From: Polyangiaceae bacterium
Lineage (GTDB): Bacteria; Myxococcota_A; Polyangia; Polyangiales; Polyangiaceae
Assembly (NCBI GenBank): GCA_965222375.1
Contig: CBDCTZ010000013.1
Coordinates: forward strand, 224,001 to 288,000
Length of the DNA stretch: 64,000 nucleotides
Direction: 5' to 3'
Part shown: piece after piece, positions 20,569 to 30,470 of the stretch
Layout of the letters: the number at the start of each line of letters is the position of its first letter
Numbering within the stretch: position 1 is the first letter of the stretch
Notes under the pieces: generated by a model
Databases searched by the model: none
The model's input: only the letters and a program-made list of their open reading frames with translations
Told to the model about the DNA's origin: nothing
Program-made: the position numbers and the translations under genes

Positions 20569-21975
20569 CTAGTGGGTAGAGGCGCCGTGGCGCAAAGCGG
20601 CTAGTCCGCGTTCGGACTCTGTGCCGGGGACGATGTTGTCGAGCAGCGTCGCAATCAATGCGCCCACCGCCATGCTGGTCCCGCCCAGGGTATTGATGAT
20701 GTTCGCCAACCACTCTGGATTGAACTTCGCGGGGTGCTGAGCAAAGTACTCCGGCACCGAAAGCCCCATGAAGAAGGAAAACCCGATGATGAACAGATTC
20801 CGGGCACTGTTCAGATCCACATACTGCAGATTGGAAAGCCCCACTGAAGCGATCACTCCGAATAGCGTGCAATACATGCCTCCCACGATGGGCTCGGGAA
20901 TCGTCGTGAAAAGCGCACCGAATTTTGCGATGGCTCCAAAGCCGATCATCAGCAGCGCGCCCATTTGCACCACTCGGCGGCTGCCCACGCGAGTCAGGCC
21001 AATGGCGCCGATGTTCTCGCTGTAGCTGGTGGTGCCGTTGCCGGAGCCGAAGATGCCGGCCACCAGGCAGCCGAGGCCTTCGGTGCCGATGCCGCGGCTG
21101 ACGGATTTCTGTGTGGGAACCGGAGCACCGCTGAGGCGAGCTGCCGCGAAGTAGTCACCGATGGACTCGATCATACTGGCCATGTAGCCCGCAAACATTC
21201 CGACGAAGGCGGCCGCGCCAAACACGGGCCAGCCCCATTGAAAAGGATAGGGCACGCGGACCCAGGGCGCAGCGTAAACCTTGTCCAGGCTGCAATACGC
21301 AGGGTGGCCGGGTGGAAAGACGCCGGCGGCGGTGAGGATGGCGGCCGTGGCCCAGGCACCCCCCATGCCTAGGAGCACGGGGTACAGCGCGAAGGCGCGA
21401 CCCTTGTGACGCAGGATTTGCGAAAAGAGAATGATCAGGCCGATGGTCAGCCCGCCGATCCCCCAGTGCTTGCCTGCGACGGGCGCACCGAACTTGAACA
21501 GCGCAAGACCGATCAGGGCGATTGTCGGCGCGATCGTGATAGGCCCAATGAAACGCAGCAGCTTGCCGATGATCCCGAAGTAGCCAATGGCCATCTCGAC
21601 CACGGCGCCAGCGATGATGGCGCCCTGTACGTGGGTCATGCGCACTTGCCAGCCGACGTTGGCCAATGCCGCCATGCTGCAAATCGCGATCGTGGGTGCC
21701 AAAAGAGAAAACGTGCCGCCCTGTACGATGGGCAACCGATTACCAATCGTGGTTTGCAGCAGGGTCGTGATGCCGCTCACGAAAAACATGGTGCCGATCA
21801 GCCAGCCAATGGCGACGGGATCGTTCTCCATGCCCAGCGGCTTGCTCAGGATGAGCGGAATCGCCACCGTGGAACCGAACATGGTCAGGTAGTGCTGTAG
21901 TCCAAGCGCGAGCGACTGCCCCACGGGCGGGACGTCGTCGATGCCGTACAGCAGATCGTGTTTCGGTTTGGCCAA
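20569..21975 (-). CDS. NCS2/NAT nucleobase permease (uracil-xanthine family)
   Basis: GLQHYLTMFG, SMIESIGDY and NAT signature SENIGAIGLTRVGSR; TTG start chosen so as not to overlap the upstream gene. Confidence 0.9.
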   Translation of the reverse strand: MAKPKHDLLYGIDDVPPVGQSLALGLQHYLTMFGSTVAIPLILSKPLGMENDPVAIGWLIGTMFFVSGITTLLQTTIGNRLPIVQGGTFSLLAPTIAICSMAALANVGWQVRMTHVQGAIIAGAVVEMAIGYFGIIGKLLRFIGPITIAPTIALIGLALFKFGAPVAGKHWGIGGLTIGLIILFSQILRHKGRAFALYPVLLGMGGAWATAAILTAAGVFPPGHPAYCSLDKVYAAPWVRVPYPFQWGWPVFGAAAFVGMFAGYMASMIESIGDYFAAARLSGAPVPTQKSVSRGIGTEGLGCLVAGIFGSGNGTTSYSENIGAIGLTRVGSRRVVQMGALLMIGFGAIAKFGALFTTIPEPIVGGMYCTLFGVIASVGLSNLQYVDLNSARNLFIIGFSFFMGLSVPEYFAQHPAKFNPEWLANIINTLGGTSMAVGALIATLLDNIVPGTESERGLAALRHGASTH

Positions 21976-22018
21976 CAGCTTCTTCCAGAGCCCAATCAAT
22001 CCCGCCAGCGGACGGCCT

Positions 22019-22049
22019 CGGCGAATATTATCACTATTAACATTCGCCG
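22019..22049. promoter_or_regulatory. AT-rich inverted repeat (operator or hairpin)
   Basis: CGGCGAATATTA-TCACTAT-TAACATTCGCCG, 12-bp arms with one mismatch. Confidence 0.5.
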
Positions 22050-22070
22050 GACCGTGCCGGGACGGCGAGA

Positions 22071-22937
22071 CTACGGCCGGACGAGTTCGTCGTAGGCGTC
22101 GGGACGGCGATCTCGGTAGAACTGCCAGGTCTGACGCACTTCGTCGATCATGTTCAGATCCACTTCTGCGATCAGCAGCTCGTCCTTGTCCTCGCTGGCC
22201 TCGGCGATGAATTCGCCGCGAGGGTTCACGAAGTAGCTGGTGCCATAGAACTTGCCGATGTTCCAGGGGCCCTCCGTGCCGACACGGTTGCTGGCGGCGA
22301 CGTAGTATCCGTTGGCAACGGCGTGAGCGGGCTGCTCGATCTTCCACAGATACTGGCTCAGTCCAGCAACCGTCGCACTCGGGTTGAACACGATTTCTGC
22401 CCCGTTCAAGCCCAGGCAGCGCGCACCCTCGGGGAAGTGGCGGTCGTAGCAGATGTATACGCCCACTTTGGCGTACTTGGTCTCGAATACCGGGTAGCCG
22501 CCATTGCCGGGCTTGAAAAAGTACTTCTCCCAGAAGCCCGCGACCTGGGGGATGTGCTGCTTGCGATACTTCCCGAGATACGTCCCATCCGCATCGATCA
22601 CGGCGGCTGAGTTGTAGAAGACGCCCCGAATCTCCTCTTCGTACAGCGGCACGACCATGACCATGTTGTACTTTTTGGCGTAGGTCTGCATCAGCTCCGT
22701 GGTGGGGCCGGGGATCTTCTCCGCAGCTGCGTACCAGCGCTTGTCCTGGCTCGGGCAAAAGTAGGGACCGTTGAAGATCTCTTGCAGACCCAAGATCTGA
22801 ACGCCCTTCTTGCCGGCTTCTTCGATGTAGGCGATGTGCTTGTCGAGCATCGCTTTTTGGATTTTTTCGACCGGGACACTCTCGTCGTTGATGGGATTGC
22901 CACACTGAATCAGCGCGCAGCGAACGATCTGGCTCAT
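22071..22937 (-). CDS. Nitrilase-family C-N hydrolase, probable beta-ureidopropionase
   Basis: Triad LQEIF, KYRKQHIP and ICYDRHFPE; FWEKYFF; context with hydA. Confidence 0.9.
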   Translation of the reverse strand: MSQIVRCALIQCGNPINDESVPVEKIQKAMLDKHIAYIEEAGKKGVQILGLQEIFNGPYFCPSQDKRWYAAAEKIPGPTTELMQTYAKKYNMVMVVPLYEEEIRGVFYNSAAVIDADGTYLGKYRKQHIPQVAGFWEKYFFKPGNGGYPVFETKYAKVGVYICYDRHFPEGARCLGLNGAEIVFNPSATVAGLSQYLWKIEQPAHAVANGYYVAASNRVGTEGPWNIGKFYGTSYFVNPRGEFIAEASEDKDELLIAEVDLNMIDEVRQTWQFYRDRRPDAYDELVRP

Positions 22938-23083
22938 GCTTTTCCTCCTCTAGACCCGATGCTGTGGGCCGAGCACACGAAGGGCGGAGGATATGGGCCC
23001 TTGGAAAATAGCGAAAGGCCTGAACGTGAGGTCAGCGCCAAAGCAGCGCTCGGAGCCCGACCACGGCGTTCGACAGTGTGCGC

Positions 23084-25489
23084 CTAGGGAAAGAACACGA
23101 CGAAGGCGTCGAAACTGGACGGTGGCACCGGCAAAGCCCCGGTACCGAAGTCGATGGTGACAGTGCTGGCGTACCCGCCACCAATGAAGAGAGATTGGCC
23201 AAGGTAGGCAGCGGACAGACCCTGCTCTTTGCCCAGCCCACCCTGGCTGTCGCCACCCTGATACACGCCTGTCTTGCTGAAACGCGCGTAGAAGAAGTCC
23301 TCCCCACCCTTCCAAGCCAGCGGGCCTCCGCCAAAATTGTGCGCCTCCCGAATCGAACCCGTAATGACGAATTCGCCGTTCGGGGCGACGTCGAATCCCC
23401 CTAGCTCCTCGTTCGCGTTGGCACCGAAGCTCATGGCATCCAGCGTGGTCAGGTCGGTGGTGGAAAAGCGCGCTACGAAGATATCCCGCCCGCCCTTGGC
23501 GGTAATGACATTGGTGGCGCCGAAGCTCACCTGACCCTCGAACAGGCCAGCGACCCAGAGTTCCCCGCCGCTGACGACGGCCCGCACCGGACTGTCGGGC
23601 CCTGGTCCACCAATGGTTCGGCTGTCGACCACCTTGCCGGTGCTGTCCATCTTCGCGATGAAGATGTCCTTTTGCGCGCTCGCCTTCTTCAGTAGCACGG
23701 GTGTGCCGGTCCCGATGCTGACGTCAGCCCCGAATCTGCCAACGGCATAGGTATGCGTCGCATCGGACGCGAAGCTCATGACTTCCCCGAGGCCGTTGGT
23801 AGGACTGTTGATGTGACTCGCCCAGGCAAGATCGCCGGTAACGCGCGAATACTTTGCGATGAACCCGTGGGTGTAGGGCGAACTAAGCTGGGTCTGATCC
23901 AGGTCGATCGTGCCGAAAAACGTGCCACTGACGTGCACGTCGCCCTGGGCATCCGCGTGCACGGTCTCCACCTGCACACTACCACTCGTGCCCAGAATGC
24001 CCACACACGCCGACCAGACGTCGTCGCCCGTCGCCGAATCCAACTTGGCGAGCTGCCCGACCCAGCTGCCTACCTTGGCCGTGCAGCTTGGTTTCGCACC
24101 CGGCAGCGCCATCGAGAACTGCTGTCGGGACCAAACCCAGACGTCGCCGCCAGACCCCACCGCCACGTCCCCGAAGACCATATAGCTAGAGCCGATGACT
24201 CTGGACCACGCGTGAGCACCCGAGGCCTTGTATTTTGCAACATAGACAGCATTGCCTGATGAGAGCAGCGCTCCACCACCGAGATCGATGCCCGGCGCAC
24301 CCTTGCTGAAGTCCCCCGCAATCACGACGTGCCCCGGCGACGACGCCGCAACCTTCACGGTGTCCGAACCCGAACCGTCAATCACACGCGTCCACAGGGT
24401 GGGTCCGGCTTTCACGCATTTCTTCGCGACGCAATTGGCACTGCTGCAATCCGAGTTCTTCTCACAGCCCTTGCCGGTCTCGCAGGGCTTGCATTCCGTA
24501 CCACCGCAGTCCACGTCGGTTTCGTTGGTATCCTTGGTGCCGTTGGAGCAACCCGGTGCGTTGCAGCTGCCACCCACGCAGGAACCGGTCGTGCAGTCGT
24601 TGCTGGTCCAGCAGCCCTTGGTGGGCGGGCATTTGGGGCAGCCGCCACCGCAATCGATATCCGATTCCGTGCCATTTTGCAGACCATCACCGCAGGTCGG
24701 CGCGGCGCATTTGAGGCCCTGACAAACGTTGCTGGCGCAGTCCAACGGCTTTGTGCACGGGTCGCCATCGCAGGCGCCGCAACCGCCCCCGCAGTCTAAG
24801 CCGGTCTCGCCTGGGTCTTGTTTTCCGTTGACGCAACTCGGGATCGCCACGCCGCCATCGCTCTGACCCGGCAAGACGCACGAACCATTGCTGTCGCAGA
24901 GCAGTCCCGTTGGGCAATCGCGGTCTCCTTTGCACTCGACCAGGCAGGCGCCCGCCTTGCACACGAGCGGCGGGACGCAATCGGTGTTGTAGGTGCAGCC
25001 CGTTCCCACGCTGGCATCGGGCCCGGGGCCGTTCGGCGGCACGAGCTTGCCGTCCTCGATGTGCTTGTCATCGGCGCAGCTTCCCTGGACACACTTCTGC
25101 AGGGGGACGCAGTCCTTCTCGGTGCGGCACTCGGTCCGGCAGCGGTGGTCCAAAGCGCACTTGAGATGGTCTGCAGGGCAATCCGTGTTGTAGACGCACT
25201 TGACTTCATCGGGAGAAATCAAACACACCTTGATCGGACGCTCTTCCGTGGGCGTGCAGATCTCATCGCCCTCGCAGTCGCGGTCGTCGTTACACTTCGT
25301 GTGACACTTCTTGAACGCACACACCAATGGGGCTTTGCAGTCCGAATCGATCAGGCAACCCTCAGCCAGCTTCGCCAGCTTGGCTCGCTCGTCCGCGCTG
25401 TCGCTACCACAGGAGATGAATAGCGCCGTCGAGACTCCGAATAGAAGCAAGGCGCACTTGCGCAGCCCACGAAAAAAAAAGCCCACCAT
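23084..25489 (-). CDS. Large Cys-rich surface lipoprotein with C-terminal beta-propeller-like repeats
   Basis: Lipobox FISC, many C-x3/4-DC modules, three C.[ND]G....ET/S..DCGG repeats, DIF[IV]A[KR] propeller blades. Confidence 0.8.
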   Translation of the reverse strand: MVGFFFRGLRKCALLLFGVSTALFISCGSDSADERAKLAKLAEGCLIDSDCKAPLVCAFKKCHTKCNDDRDCEGDEICTPTEERPIKVCLISPDEVKCVYNTDCPADHLKCALDHRCRTECRTEKDCVPLQKCVQGSCADDKHIEDGKLVPPNGPGPDASVGTGCTYNTDCVPPLVCKAGACLVECKGDRDCPTGLLCDSNGSCVLPGQSDGGVAIPSCVNGKQDPGETGLDCGGGCGACDGDPCTKPLDCASNVCQGLKCAAPTCGDGLQNGTESDIDCGGGCPKCPPTKGCWTSNDCTTGSCVGGSCNAPGCSNGTKDTNETDVDCGGTECKPCETGKGCEKNSDCSSANCVAKKCVKAGPTLWTRVIDGSGSDTVKVAASSPGHVVIAGDFSKGAPGIDLGGGALLSSGNAVYVAKYKASGAHAWSRVIGSSYMVFGDVAVGSGGDVWVWSRQQFSMALPGAKPSCTAKVGSWVGQLAKLDSATGDDVWSACVGILGTSGSVQVETVHADAQGDVHVSGTFFGTIDLDQTQLSSPYTHGFIAKYSRVTGDLAWASHINSPTNGLGEVMSFASDATHTYAVGRFGADVSIGTGTPVLLKKASAQKDIFIAKMDSTGKVVDSRTIGGPGPDSPVRAVVSGGELWVAGLFEGQVSFGATNVITAKGGRDIFVARFSTTDLTTLDAMSFGANANEELGGFDVAPNGEFVITGSIREAHNFGGGPLAWKGGEDFFYARFSKTGVYQGGDSQGGLGKEQGLSAAYLGQSLFIGGGYASTVTIDFGTGALPVPPSSFDAFVVFFP

Positions 25490-25535
25490 GGGCGGAAGTC
25501 TAGACCAGGACCGCGCCCGCCGCACGCGGCTCGGG

Positions 25536-26801
25536 TCAGTCCCGCACGGTCGCCAGGCGCATGATTGTCAGGGCCAGCACCTTGGTGGCCTGCACGAGGT
25601 CCTCCACTCCGCAGTACTCATCCACCTGGTGGGCCAAATCCAGAATGCCTGGCCCATAGGCCACGCAATGCTCGACGCCCGCGACTCGCGCGACGTGTTT
25701 GTGGTCGTAGGTGCCGGGGCTGGCAATCAGCGCGGGCGCGCGTCCGACGACCGCGCGAATGTCCTGAGTCAATGCTTCGACGAGGGGCGAGCCTTTTGGC
25801 GCCAGCACGGGATGCACCACCATCAAGTCTTCCAGGTCGTAGCGCCGGCGCTCGTCTTCCTTCGACAGCCGCGTGAGTAGCTCTTCGATCTCGCCCTTCA
25901 CCTGCTCGAACTTTTCCTCGTGCAAGAAGCGGCGATCGAAGATCGCATCCGCGGATTCGGCGACGCAGGCGGTTTGAGGGAATTGGCCCGCTTGACCACC
26001 GAGAATGGAATTGATGTTGAGCGTGGCCTGCCGCGCACCTTCCGGAACGACCGGCATCGCCGTCACGCGCTCTGCCAAACGCGGTGAGAGCTCGGTGCGC
26101 ACGCGCTCGATGAACGTGGCCAAGTGCTCGATGGCATTCACGCCCAAAAAGGGCATGCTGCCGTGAGCGATGCTGCCCTCAGAACGCACCCGAAACCAGT
26201 ACACGCCGCGATGCCCCACGCAGATCCGGTCGACATTAAGAGGCTCGGGAATGATCACATAGTCGGTGCGCTCGGCCCCCAGGTAGCCCTTCTTGCAAAG
26301 CCACTCGACTCCGGCGAAGCCACCGCTCTCTTCGTCCACAGTGCCGCTGATTTCGACGGAGCCCGCGAGCTGCACCCCAGCTTGCCGAATCGCTTCGACG
26401 GCAATGACGGCTGCGGCGATGCCTGCTTTCATGTCGCAGGAGCCGCGCCCAAAAATCTTACCTTCGGAGACGATGCCGGCGAAGGGATCAACGCTCCAGC
26501 CGGTGCCGGTTGGCACCACATCGATGTGCCCATTCAGGTGGACGCAGGGGCGCCCGCCGTCGAGGCGGCCCAAGACGTTCACCCTTGGGTAGCGCGCGCT
26601 ATGATCAGGATGGTCTTCTGCAACCAAGTATTGGACGGACATGCCCGCAGACTTCAGGCGGTTGCCGAGCAACTCGGCGCACTCCCGGTAGTTTTCTCCG
26701 GGTGGATTGACGGTAGGAATTCGGATCAGCTCGCAGCACAGCTCCACCACCTCTTCGGCAGCCCGATCCACCTCGGAGAGCACTCGCTCACGTGCGTCCA
26801 C
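25536..26801 (-). CDS. M20 peptidase, ArgE/DapE family
   Basis: NGHIDVVP, GRGSCDMKAG, DEESGG, IPEP and AHQVDEY. Confidence 0.9.
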   Translation of the reverse strand: MDARERVLSEVDRAAEEVVELCCELIRIPTVNPPGENYRECAELLGNRLKSAGMSVQYLVAEDHPDHSARYPRVNVLGRLDGGRPCVHLNGHIDVVPTGTGWSVDPFAGIVSEGKIFGRGSCDMKAGIAAAVIAVEAIRQAGVQLAGSVEISGTVDEESGGFAGVEWLCKKGYLGAERTDYVIIPEPLNVDRICVGHRGVYWFRVRSEGSIAHGSMPFLGVNAIEHLATFIERVRTELSPRLAERVTAMPVVPEGARQATLNINSILGGQAGQFPQTACVAESADAIFDRRFLHEEKFEQVKGEIEELLTRLSKEDERRRYDLEDLMVVHPVLAPKGSPLVEALTQDIRAVVGRAPALIASPGTYDHKHVARVAGVEHCVAYGPGILDLAHQVDEYCGVEDLVQATKVLALTIMRLATVRD

Positions 26802-26983
26802 CACGAAACTATATCGCGCCTACGGAGACGAGTTGTCGTGGACTCGCGGCACGGCTAGCTTGGCCACGGGTCAGGCCGTTCCAAGAGCGCGATCACCCAT
26901 CGAGCGCCGCGCCTTGTCAGAGCCCGCGGCACACTGTGCCAACCCCTTGGCGCATTCTGCCTTGTTTTGGACGAAATCGACAT

Positions 26984-26999
26984 GGGCACGAAGCTTGCG
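26984..26999 (+). promoter_or_regulatory. sigma54-type promoter
   Basis: GGGCAC-GAAGC-TTGCG, 12 nt before ATG 27012. Confidence 0.5.
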
Positions 27000-27011
27000 T
27001 ATCCCCCGCTC

Positions 27012-27815
27012 ATGAAAGCTCGGAAGATTGGCGTCGCCGCCATCGCCCTCGCGCCCTTGGTTTTCGCCGCCTGCGGCAGCTCGACGTCAGACGACCCGGG
27101 ATCCGGGGGCACCGGGGGCCAGTCAGGAGCCAGCGGTAGCGGGGGCGGCGCAGGCACCGACGCCGGCAGCGGCTGCCCCGCGAACTTCACCGCCGCCGAG
27201 GGCAAAGCCTGCGTCGAACAAGGCAAGTCCTGCAGCAGCCCTGGCTGCTCCGACCCGTGTCAACACTGCAACGTTCTGCGGTGCGAAAGCGGCAAGTGGG
27301 TGCGCATGGAGTCGTTCCCCAATCCGAACTGCGGCGACTCGGGCAAGAGCGATGCTTCGGACAGTGGCTCCAGCGATTCCGGGAGCTCTGACGCCTCCGA
27401 CGGCAGTGCGAGCGACGCGGGCTTGGATGCCTCGGATGGGGGCTCCAAAGACTGCGGCGGCAAGAAGGGTCTGACCTGCGCCAAGGACGAGTACTGCGAC
27501 TTCGCGAATAACTGCGGCGCCGGCGACGCCCTCGGCACGTGCAAGAAGCGCCCTCAAGGCTGCACCGCGGATTGCCCCGGAGTCTGCGGCTGCGACGGCA
27601 AGTTCTACTGCAATGCCTGTGGTGCCGCCGCAGTGGGCGTTGATGTCACAGGAGACGACAGCTGCAAGAAGGATGGCGGCGGGCTCGGGACGACCTGCAA
27701 GCTGCACACGGAGTGCAACACCGGATTGAAGTGCTGCTACCCCTGCGGCCAACCCGGCTGCCAGAACCAGTGCATGCAGCCCATGCCCAATGGGCAATGT
27801 CCCGCATTCCCTTGA
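27012..27815 (+). CDS. Cys-rich lipoprotein with Kazal-like module
   Basis: Lipobox FAAC, GS/D-rich linkers, CTADCPGVCGCDGKFYCNAC. Confidence 0.78.
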   Translation: MKARKIGVAAIALAPLVFAACGSSTSDDPGSGGTGGQSGASGSGGGAGTDAGSGCPANFTAAEGKACVEQGKSCSSPGCSDPCQHCNVLRCESGKWVRMESFPNPNCGDSGKSDASDSGSSDSGSSDASDGSASDAGLDASDGGSKDCGGKKGLTCAKDEYCDFANNCGAGDALGTCKKRPQGCTADCPGVCGCDGKFYCNACGAAAVGVDVTGDDSCKKDGGGLGTTCKLHTECNTGLKCCYPCGQPGCQNQCMQPMPNGQCPAFP

Positions 27816-27914
27816 GCGTCGGCTGAGTGGCGACCTGGGCTAACTGAGCGCCAGCTAGGGCCCAGGGCGAGAGGCGCGGCCCTACCTGCACCAGTGCTCG
27901 ACCCCAAAAACCCA

Positions 27915-30389
27915 TCAAGCATCCTCGAAGGGCGCGGGCGCCGCGGGCGACTCGGTCACGACTTCGACGAAACTGCCGCGCTTGATCACCTCGCGGCCTT
28001 TGCCACCCCGCGCGGAGAGCTCGTACTTGCCCGCGCCAATGCGCTGCTCACCGCCCATGCTGGTCTTGACGATGATGGCGTCTCGGTCACTGCTCGCCGC
28101 TTTGAATCCGATCAGGCGGTCGTTCTTTCCGAGCTTGATCAGAAGCACGCCCTTGCCGGGTCCAGACAGGTAGTTCACGTCCTGCACACTGCAGAGCAAG
28201 GCGCGCCGCTGAGCGCTCACACCGATCAGCGTTTCGTCGCCAGCTACGGTGCTCACCGCGACGACCTGGGCGCCTTTACTCGGCCGTGCGAAGCGCCGTC
28301 CGGCGCGGGTGCTGGGTTCTGCCAAGGTGGATAGCCCGAAACACAGCGCGTAGCCGTCGCTCGTTGCGGCAGCCGCATAGGTCTCCGGAAAGTAGCCTGG
28401 CTTTTCGCTCAGGTCGCCGACGACTCGCCGGTCCAAAGACGCCATCGCGATGATGCGCTCGCCGTCCTTGAGCTTGAACTGCTTTTGGATCGGTGCCCCA
28501 TAGCCGGTCGTCGCCGAAATGTCGGCAATGCGCGCTGTATAGGCCGTGCCGAAACTCGAGAAGAACACCACCGTCGCCCGGGTGGAGCCAGCCACACAGG
28601 CCAGCACCGCGTCGCCTTCGCGCAAACGCGTCGTCGAGGGATCTTTGATCTCCTTCTGACGTTTGACCCACCCGTCCCGAGTCAACAGCACGTGGTTGTC
28701 CTCAGCGATGATCAGGTCTTCCGCGGTGAGTTCGGGCTCCTCCCCTGCCTCCTCGATCAACGTGCGCCGCTTGTTCCGCTTGGCGTAGGCATGCACCAGC
28801 TCCTGTAGCTCTGCGCGAACAATGCCCCAGCGACCCTTGCTGTCGCGCTCCCCCAAGAGCTTTTTGATCTCTCGCGCTCGCTTCTGCTTCGCGGCGAGCT
28901 CTTTTTGGATGACCAGGATTTCCAGACGCGCCAGGCGGTACAGCTTCAGCTCCAAGATGGCGTCGGTCTGTTCGGCGTCTAGATCGAACCGCGACATGAT
29001 CTTCTTGGCTGCGTCCGCTTTGCCCTCGGACTTGCGGATGATTCTCAGGATTTGGTCGAGGGCGTCGAATACCTTGGCGAAGCCCTTCAAGATGTGAATC
29101 CGAGCTTGCAGCGCCGCGAGTTCGTGGGACAGGCGTCGCGTCACGACCTCTAGGCGGAAGTGAAGGAAGTGCCAGAGAATGCTGGTGAGGTCCAATCGCT
29201 CCGGCCGCCCAACCTCGGGGTTCTCCGTGGGAACCAGGCAGGTCAGGTTCGCGCTGACGTTGATCTGAAGCGGCGTGTGCTTGAAGAGATAGGCAAGGAC
29301 CTTTTGCTCGTCGGCGTCCTTCTTCAGGGACAGTTCGATGCGCACATCGTCTGCGGACACATCGCGGACGTCGAGCAGGAGCGGCATCTTGCGCGAGGTC
29401 ACGACTTCGGCGATCCGCTCGATGAGCTGGCTCTTGTTGACCGTGTACGGAATACTCGTGATGACAATGGCTTTGGCGCCGCGGGTGACGGCGCCTTTCT
29501 CCCAGGTGCCGCGCAACTTCAACGTGCCCTGGCCGGTTTCGTAGATGCGCTTCACATCTTCTGCGCTAGACACGATTTGCCCGCCGGTTGGGAAATCCGG
29601 CCCCTTGACGGTACGCGCGAGTTCTCTAGCGCTCAGGGTCTTCTTTGCTACCAGGGCATCTAGCAGGCGGACCGCGGCTTGGCATACCTCTTCGGGATTG
29701 TGCGGCGGGATGTTGGTGGCCATGCCGACCGCGATCCCCGTGGCACCATTGATGAGCAGGTTCGGCAAGCGCGAGGGTACGACGACCGGCTCGGTCTTGG
29801 TGCCGTCGTAGTTAGGCCGAAAGTGCACCGTGTCTTGCGACAACTCCGCGAGCATCTCCGCAGCCACGGGCTGTAGGCGGCACTCGGTGTAACGCATCGC
29901 GGCAGGGGGATCGCCATCGAGGGAGCCGAAGTTGCCTGAGCCCTCCACCAGCGGAACACGCAGGGCGAAGGGCTGAGCCAAACGCACCAGAGCGTCATAG
30001 ATCGCGGCATCTCCGTGAGGGTGGTAGTTGCCCATCACGTCCCCGACGATCTTGGCGCACTTGCGATGCTTTGCTTCCGCGGTGATGCGCTCCCTCCACA
30101 TCGTGAAGAGAATGCGACGCTGCACCGGCTTGAGCCCATCGCGCACATCCGGCAGGGCGCGACTGGTGATAACGCTGAGCGCGTAGTTCAGGTACTTGCT
30201 CTGCGCGATTTCGTGCAGGGGGGCTTGCTCGGATTTTTCCTCGAACAGTTCGAGGGTGGCGCTGTCCCGGCGCTTGCCTCCGCGGCGCCCGCGGCCTCCG
30301 GAGGAGGCTCGAGGCTTCGGTGACGTCTTGCTTGCGCCACGCTTACGGGGGGAGCCCCCCTTTTTCTTTTTCGATTTCTTCGTAGCCAC
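27915..30389 (-). CDS. DNA gyrase/topoisomerase IV subunit A
   Basis: [30 protein letters not shown] and [14 protein letters not shown]; GyrA versus ParC not resolved. Confidence 0.93.
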   Translation of the reverse strand: MATKKSKKKKGGSPRKRGASKTSPKPRASSGGRGRRGGKRRDSATLELFEEKSEQAPLHEIAQSKYLNYALSVITSRALPDVRDGLKPVQRRILFTMWRERITAEAKHRKCAKIVGDVMGNYHPHGDAAIYDALVRLAQPFALRVPLVEGSGNFGSLDGDPPAAMRYTECRLQPVAAEMLAELSQDTVHFRPNYDGTKTEPVVVPSRLPNLLINGATGIAVGMATNIPPHNPEEVCQAAVRLLDALVAKKTLSARELARTVKGPDFPTGGQIVSSAEDVKRIYETGQGTLKLRGTWEKGAVTRGAKAIVITSIPYTVNKSQLIERIAEVVTSRKMPLLLDVRDVSADDVRIELSLKKDADEQKVLAYLFKHTPLQINVSANLTCLVPTENPEVGRPERLDLTSILWHFLHFRLEVVTRRLSHELAALQARIHILKGFAKVFDALDQILRIIRKSEGKADAAKKIMSRFDLDAEQTDAILELKLYRLARLEILVIQKELAAKQKRAREIKKLLGERDSKGRWGIVRAELQELVHAYAKRNKRRTLIEEAGEEPELTAEDLIIAEDNHVLLTRDGWVKRQKEIKDPSTTRLREGDAVLACVAGSTRATVVFFSSFGTAYTARIADISATTGYGAPIQKQFKLKDGERIIAMASLDRRVVGDLSEKPGYFPETYAAAATSDGYALCFGLSTLAEPSTRAGRRFARPSKGAQVVAVSTVAGDETLIGVSAQRRALLCSVQDVNYLSGPGKGVLLIKLGKNDRLIGFKAASSDRDAIIVKTSMGGEQRIGAGKYELSARGGKGREVIKRGSFVEVVTESPAAPAPFEDA

Positions 30390-30470
30390 GGCGCGCGCCT
30401 CCGGTAGCGAATAAGGGGGTACGGAGTCAACAAATCCCGCGACAAAGCGTCATCGCCGTCGAGCAAACGC

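Noticed and set aside
21976..22905. 778-aa ORF as a permease with a long N-terminal extension
   Set aside because: The extension overlaps the nitrilase gene in another frame and reads as shadow sequence.
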